Below are positions 60,001-64,000 of a stretch of 64,000 nt of DNA, piece after piece. The DNA is taken from assembly GCA_904063045.1 (NCBI GenBank), contig CAJFCJ010000014.1, forward strand, positions 1,485,643-1,549,642, in the 5' to 3' direction. How positions within the stretch are numbered: position 1 is the stretch's first letter; the number at the start of each line of letters is the position of its first letter. Both the position numbers and the translations under genes were made by a program. Origin of the DNA: Dimorphilus gyrociliatus. Lineage: Eukaryota; Animalia; Annelida. The notes below the pieces were generated by a model. The model did no database searches. It was not told the DNA's origin and saw only the letters and a program-made list of their open reading frames with translations.

Positions 60001-60609
60001 TTTACAGAACCATTCATGAAAGTTTACGCATCTGTGTTAATAAATAAACAAGCAAGCGAACTTATAAATGGCTACAAGGATTTATTAAATCATCCCCACT
60101 TTACATATGGAGTGCAAGCTAAAGGTGTTTTACGAAGAGCATTAAAGTTGTCAAATGATACAGATTTGTCAAGATTATGGAAGCAAATGTTAAGGTGGCA
60201 AGAAAGAGGTTTAAAATTCATATTTACAAAGAATAACGAAAGAGGTATCAAGAATGTAAGAATCGACGAAAGCTACGCCTTTATCCTCCCTTCACCAATT
60301 GCAGACTATATGCAACTTCAAATGCCTTGCAATTTAAAATCAGTTGATAAGTTCCTTATAAATATGGACTATGCTTTTGCTGCAAGAAAAAACTCTTCTT
60401 TAGTATCAAAAATAAATAAATCATTGAGAAAATTCAAGAAAAATGGATATTTAGATAGACTACGGAAAAAGTGGTGGGAAGATAGATCCCAATGCTCCTC
60501 AGCTAGAAGTATCAAGAGAGAAGTATTGGGATATAACGGGAAATCTACCGCTGTAAAGGGACATTTTTATTTAGTACTTCTACCTCCTTTACTATTATTA
60601 TTGTTATAG
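54080..60609 (+). CDS. Pore-less ionotropic glutamate receptor-like ligand-binding-domain protein (signal peptide, S1 fused to S2, hydrophobic C-tail); exons 54080-54146, 56033-56109, 58939-59130, 59941-60609 (334 aa); alternative start 55993 (325 aa)
   Basis: S1: KVVTISTIRIEPYV...YEGYIIDLVRELSRDLGF...DGQFG...WNGMIGEV...DLAAAPLLMTRPRMRAIDFTEPFM. It runs straight into S2: INGYKDLL...TYGV...SRLWKQM...YAFIL...MPCNL...YAFA...GYLDRLRKKWWEDRSQC. All splice junctions are GT-AG and phase-compatible. AATAAA lies at 60632-60637. Confidence 0.88.
55886..55893 (+). promoter_or_regulatory. TATA box of a putative internal promoter of the iGluR-LBD gene
   Basis: TATAAAAG in a GC-rich island, 107 nt upstream of the in-frame ATG at 55993. 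Confidence 0.45.
59498..59510 (+). promoter_or_regulatory. CTCF-like motif CCTCCAGGTGGCG
   Basis: Strong consensus match inside a GC-rich island in the last intron of the iGluR-LBD gene. Confidence 0.5.
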
Positions 60610-61531
60610 TGTATCATAACAGTCTAGAATTAATAAAAAGAAACGAAGAAGATAGGGGGATGAATGTATATAAAAGAAATATAAAATATATACATAACGA
60701 CTATATATATATATATATATATAAATGTATATGTATGCAGTATATACAGCATAAATGATGTATCTATAAAAGAAAACGAGTAAGAAAGAAAGGAAGAAGA
60801 AGAAAGAAAAGAAAGAAAGAAAAAAAAAAAAGACTGCAGATTACAATTCCATTATGCTCATTCTAACTGTCTTCTCTATTTGTTTGTATACTGAAATCAC
60901 CTTATTATATATTCATGGTCACATATTGTTTAAGCTTTTTTGTTCATGTAAATCATATAGTTGATAACTGTTTTTCTAGTTTATTCTAGCGATATCCATA
61001 CATATATATATATATATTACTAATATGTATTTATATGTATGCTATATCGTATAAAAATCCGCCTAATGATTTTATTCCTTCCCATTTGAATAGAGAAATA
61101 CCTTTGAAGTTTATTATATAAATCTTGTACATACAAAGATTCTAATAATATACATATATTATACGTAAAATATGTATATAAACAGTATATATACAAAGAT
61201 ATAGGTAACTATATTTGAAAGCCTATATACAATATATAGGCATATATTTATCTATTTTTTATGTACAACTTCTACTTCGTCGACCAATGAATTGTTAATA
61301 ACATTTTATATACATAAAAATATATATAATATTATTATACAATATTTATATATAATATATGCTATATATATATACAGTATGATAGATATGATTATGTTAT
61401 CAAAAAGAAGAAATACATACTTATATCATAAAACAAGATATATGAATCATACAATCAAAAAATTACATTCCTCTTGTGCAATAAGTCAAAACCTAACTTT
61501 GTCAAATACAATTATTAGTACCAATACAGCA

Positions 61532-62559
61532 ATGGAAATTAATGGAGAAAATATATATACATTATTAAAAGACAGATTAAAGTTAACTTTTACTGAATTT
61601 CGGACAGTGAATGTCTCAAAAGGATGTGATCATAGAGTTATGCTTATTAACCTAATTGACTGTCAAATTGATCGGTTAATCGTAAAAGAACCCCTTTCGG
61701 AATATGATAAAATTCATAACGAAATTTTAGGTTGCCAAATAGCAGAAAATGGACAAGTTACTGCCCCTAGAATTTTATTACACGACTCAGCTTATCTAGT
61801 TGAAACTTGTATTGGAGAAATGGATTTCTACGAATATTTTATCTCTATAAATGCTCCAGAGAAAAAAGAAATAATTAATAATTTCTATAAACATGTTGGA
61901 AGGTAAATTTTAAATTTATAATTCCATTTCTTTAAGTCAATTTCTTTAATAAACATATTTTTAGAAATTTAGCCAAATTTCACTCAGCGAATAATGGAGA
62001 AGGTTTTGGCAAAGTAATAAACTTTTCCAGTCACCTTTCAAAGGGTTATTGCCCCAGAGGAATGTACAAGACAGCTTCAGAATATATAAACTCTTGGTTT
62101 TCATTTGAATCAGACATATTTCTTCCCGAAAAGAACATATTAACCGAAGAAGAAATTAGTCAGTGTCGACGATATTGGATCGAAAACCAAGAGTTTGTCA
62201 ATAACGTTAAACAAACAACTCTACTGCACGGCGATGTTGACCTATCGAATATTCGAGTTGATAGTGACGGACAGTTTAGAGGTTTTGTAGACTTCGGAGA
62301 TGCGTACATTGGGGATTGCTTAGACGATTTAAGTAGGTTATACGTTCATCTTTATGGTCAAGTTGATTGGACAGCTCTTGTAAATGGATATGAAGAGATT
62401 GCCGGCAAGCAAGCTGTTGACGAGAGAAAATTAAAAGTCTACTCTTTCCTCCTCTTATCGTGGATTATCCCACATTCAAAGAAGAATCTAGATATTGAGA
62501 AACCGAATAGATATCATTTTTATAAAAGTGTTTTTATTCGTTTAATCTCTAATAAATAA
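61532..62559 (+). CDS. Aminoglycoside-phosphotransferase (APH)/choline-kinase-like superfamily small-molecule kinase; exons 61532-61902, 61965-62559
   Basis: N-lobe GCDHRV...LIVK, VTAPRIL and YLVETCIG; LAKFHS; Brenner motif LLHGDVDLSNI; GFVDFGDA; GDCLDDL. A 62-nt GT-AG intron (61903-61964) joins the two ORF-track fragments in frame. The start codon is uncertain. Confidence 0.75.
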
Positions 62560-64000
62560 ACAAATAAATATCTCTAATTCTCATATTCATTCCTCTATAT
62601 TGGCTAAATATCGATAAAAACTGTATATACAATATATATACAGTCTATATAGATAAAGATGCAAAGAAAACACCATTCATTCATTCCTTACCCCCTCCCC
62701 CCTATTTCTCTCAAGAAAATATATACTATTTTTAGCCTATCACATTGTTTCTTCTTTCATCGTTATCTTCACCCTGGATATTTTACCGCAAGGATAGCAG
62801 GGCCATCTAGCGTCTTGTGTATAACTACTAATACCTTTGGTTGATAAGCTGAACCTAAGATGCAGAATCTTAGGAAAGCAAATGAGATTTTTAGACGCTT
62901 TAGCTGTAATAAAATATTACGTCATTTATTTCGTTTAATAATGCATGAAGCTGTTCTATAGAGGTTATTGTTAGAGACTTGTTGATAAAAACTTGTCAAG
63001 TTGGTACTCTAATGAAATTTTACGTTCGTTTGAATGGATTTAAAGCATTTATTATTCAAATATTCGATAGAAACCCCTTAACGTTAATAATTGTCTTTTA
63101 CAATTCTTTAAATAGAGTATTGTTTATTAATGATTAGCATCACTTGTAGTCCGTTACAAATGGGGGTATCTATCATTAAAATGAAAAAAAAGTGGCAAAG
63201 AGACTACATTAAAGTCCATTTTCCCATGTATTTGATTTTCTCTTTACTTTGCTTTATATTACTATTAGCATATAGATTCTACAGAAATTTTTCCTAATAT
63301 TTTTATTGTTTAAAGTATATTTACACAGAAAGGAGAATATTCATCCTATTGACTTTTTAAATACTAAACAAATATGTAAACCTTTTCCTGATCTTCTTAA
63401 ATTACTCTTCTGCTTATTACATAGATTTAGTAAACATGATATATAAATATCACTTTTAAATCGTTTAAGATCCGATTTAGACTCGTCACAATAATAAAAA
63501 TATCTTATTTTTATTTAGTTTTACATTTCAGTTTTAAGGTTTTCATATCAACTTCTAACATTTTTTGGTCGGATCTTGGTTTTATTTTTTCGCCTAAATT
63601 TTCTGTACTAATATATTTTCCATTTTTTTCCTATTTCATTTTATATTTAATAATATCCATTATGGAAAAAAAAGACTCTTAAAATAGATGAGAAATTTCT
63701 ATCCTTTATAGGCTTTTAATTACCTTGTCTAAGAAAGCAATGTTTATAGAGAGTGTTAATCGAGTATTCTCTGTTATCCGTGAAAATTTAATTAAAATAG
63801 TTTATTAAATAAAAAAAACCGGCGACAAAAATAGTTGTCTTGTACAATGCGTTTTTGTAATATCTTTAAGAGAAAATACTAAAGACGTTTGCGTCTGTCT
63901 ATGCTTAATTAGCGTTTATTATTAATGACATCTATCAAAAAGCTTTGAGAGACGTCACCGCAGTCATTTGTAGAAGATACTATGGGAAAAATTATCATAG

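Noticed and set aside
59941-60609. The LBD gene as a bacterial periplasmic binding protein acquired by HGT, since these also have contiguous S1-S2
   Set aside because: It has eukaryotic iGluR-specific features: WNGMIGE, the S2 disulfide pair (PC...KWW...C) and an M4-like tail. It is also split by spliceosomal introns.
54080-60609. The LBD gene as a truncated pseudogene or mis-predicted full-length iGluR
   Set aside because: There are no stops or frameshifts and the splice phases are compatible. The S1/S2 junction is within one exon, and a poly(A) signal follows the stop. No TM-encoding exons were found in its introns or before the next gene. Misassembly cannot be fully excluded without reads.

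Overview
AT-rich, gene-dense animal (invertebrate) genomic DNA with spliceosomal GT-AG introns. Introns are about 50-100 nt in housekeeping genes and kilobases long in neural or secreted-protein genes. The species cannot be named from the sequence alone. Twelve protein-coding genes could be reconstructed by hand, in order: GSTCD (5'-truncated, +), an ShKT-containing cysteine-rich cell-surface protein (-), a mucin/sushi-repeat type I membrane protein (-), RAD51 (-), ZIP7/SLC39A7 (+), BUB3 (+), PAH (+), a neuroligin (+), prohormone convertase 2 (-), a GAREM-like CABIT protein (+), an iGluR-derived protein (+) and an APH-like phosphotransferase (+). The standout is the iGluR-derived gene (54080-60609). 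It encodes a signal peptide and a glutamate-receptor ligand-binding domain whose S1 and S2 halves are joined directly inside a single exon. It has no amino-terminal domain and no M1-M3 pore, and it ends in a short hydrophobic tail resembling a degenerate M4 or GPI signal. It therefore looks like a natural pore-less 'S1S2' ligand-binding protein, with a remodelled pocket and possibly two alternative signal-peptide starts. Secondary observations are CTCF-like motifs near several gene boundaries, a GC-AG intron in the neuroligin, a bacterial-looking phosphotransferase carrying an intron, and an E2F-site-rich RAD51/ZIP7 bidirectional promoter. All assignments come from manual translation and remembered family motifs; no database searches were run.
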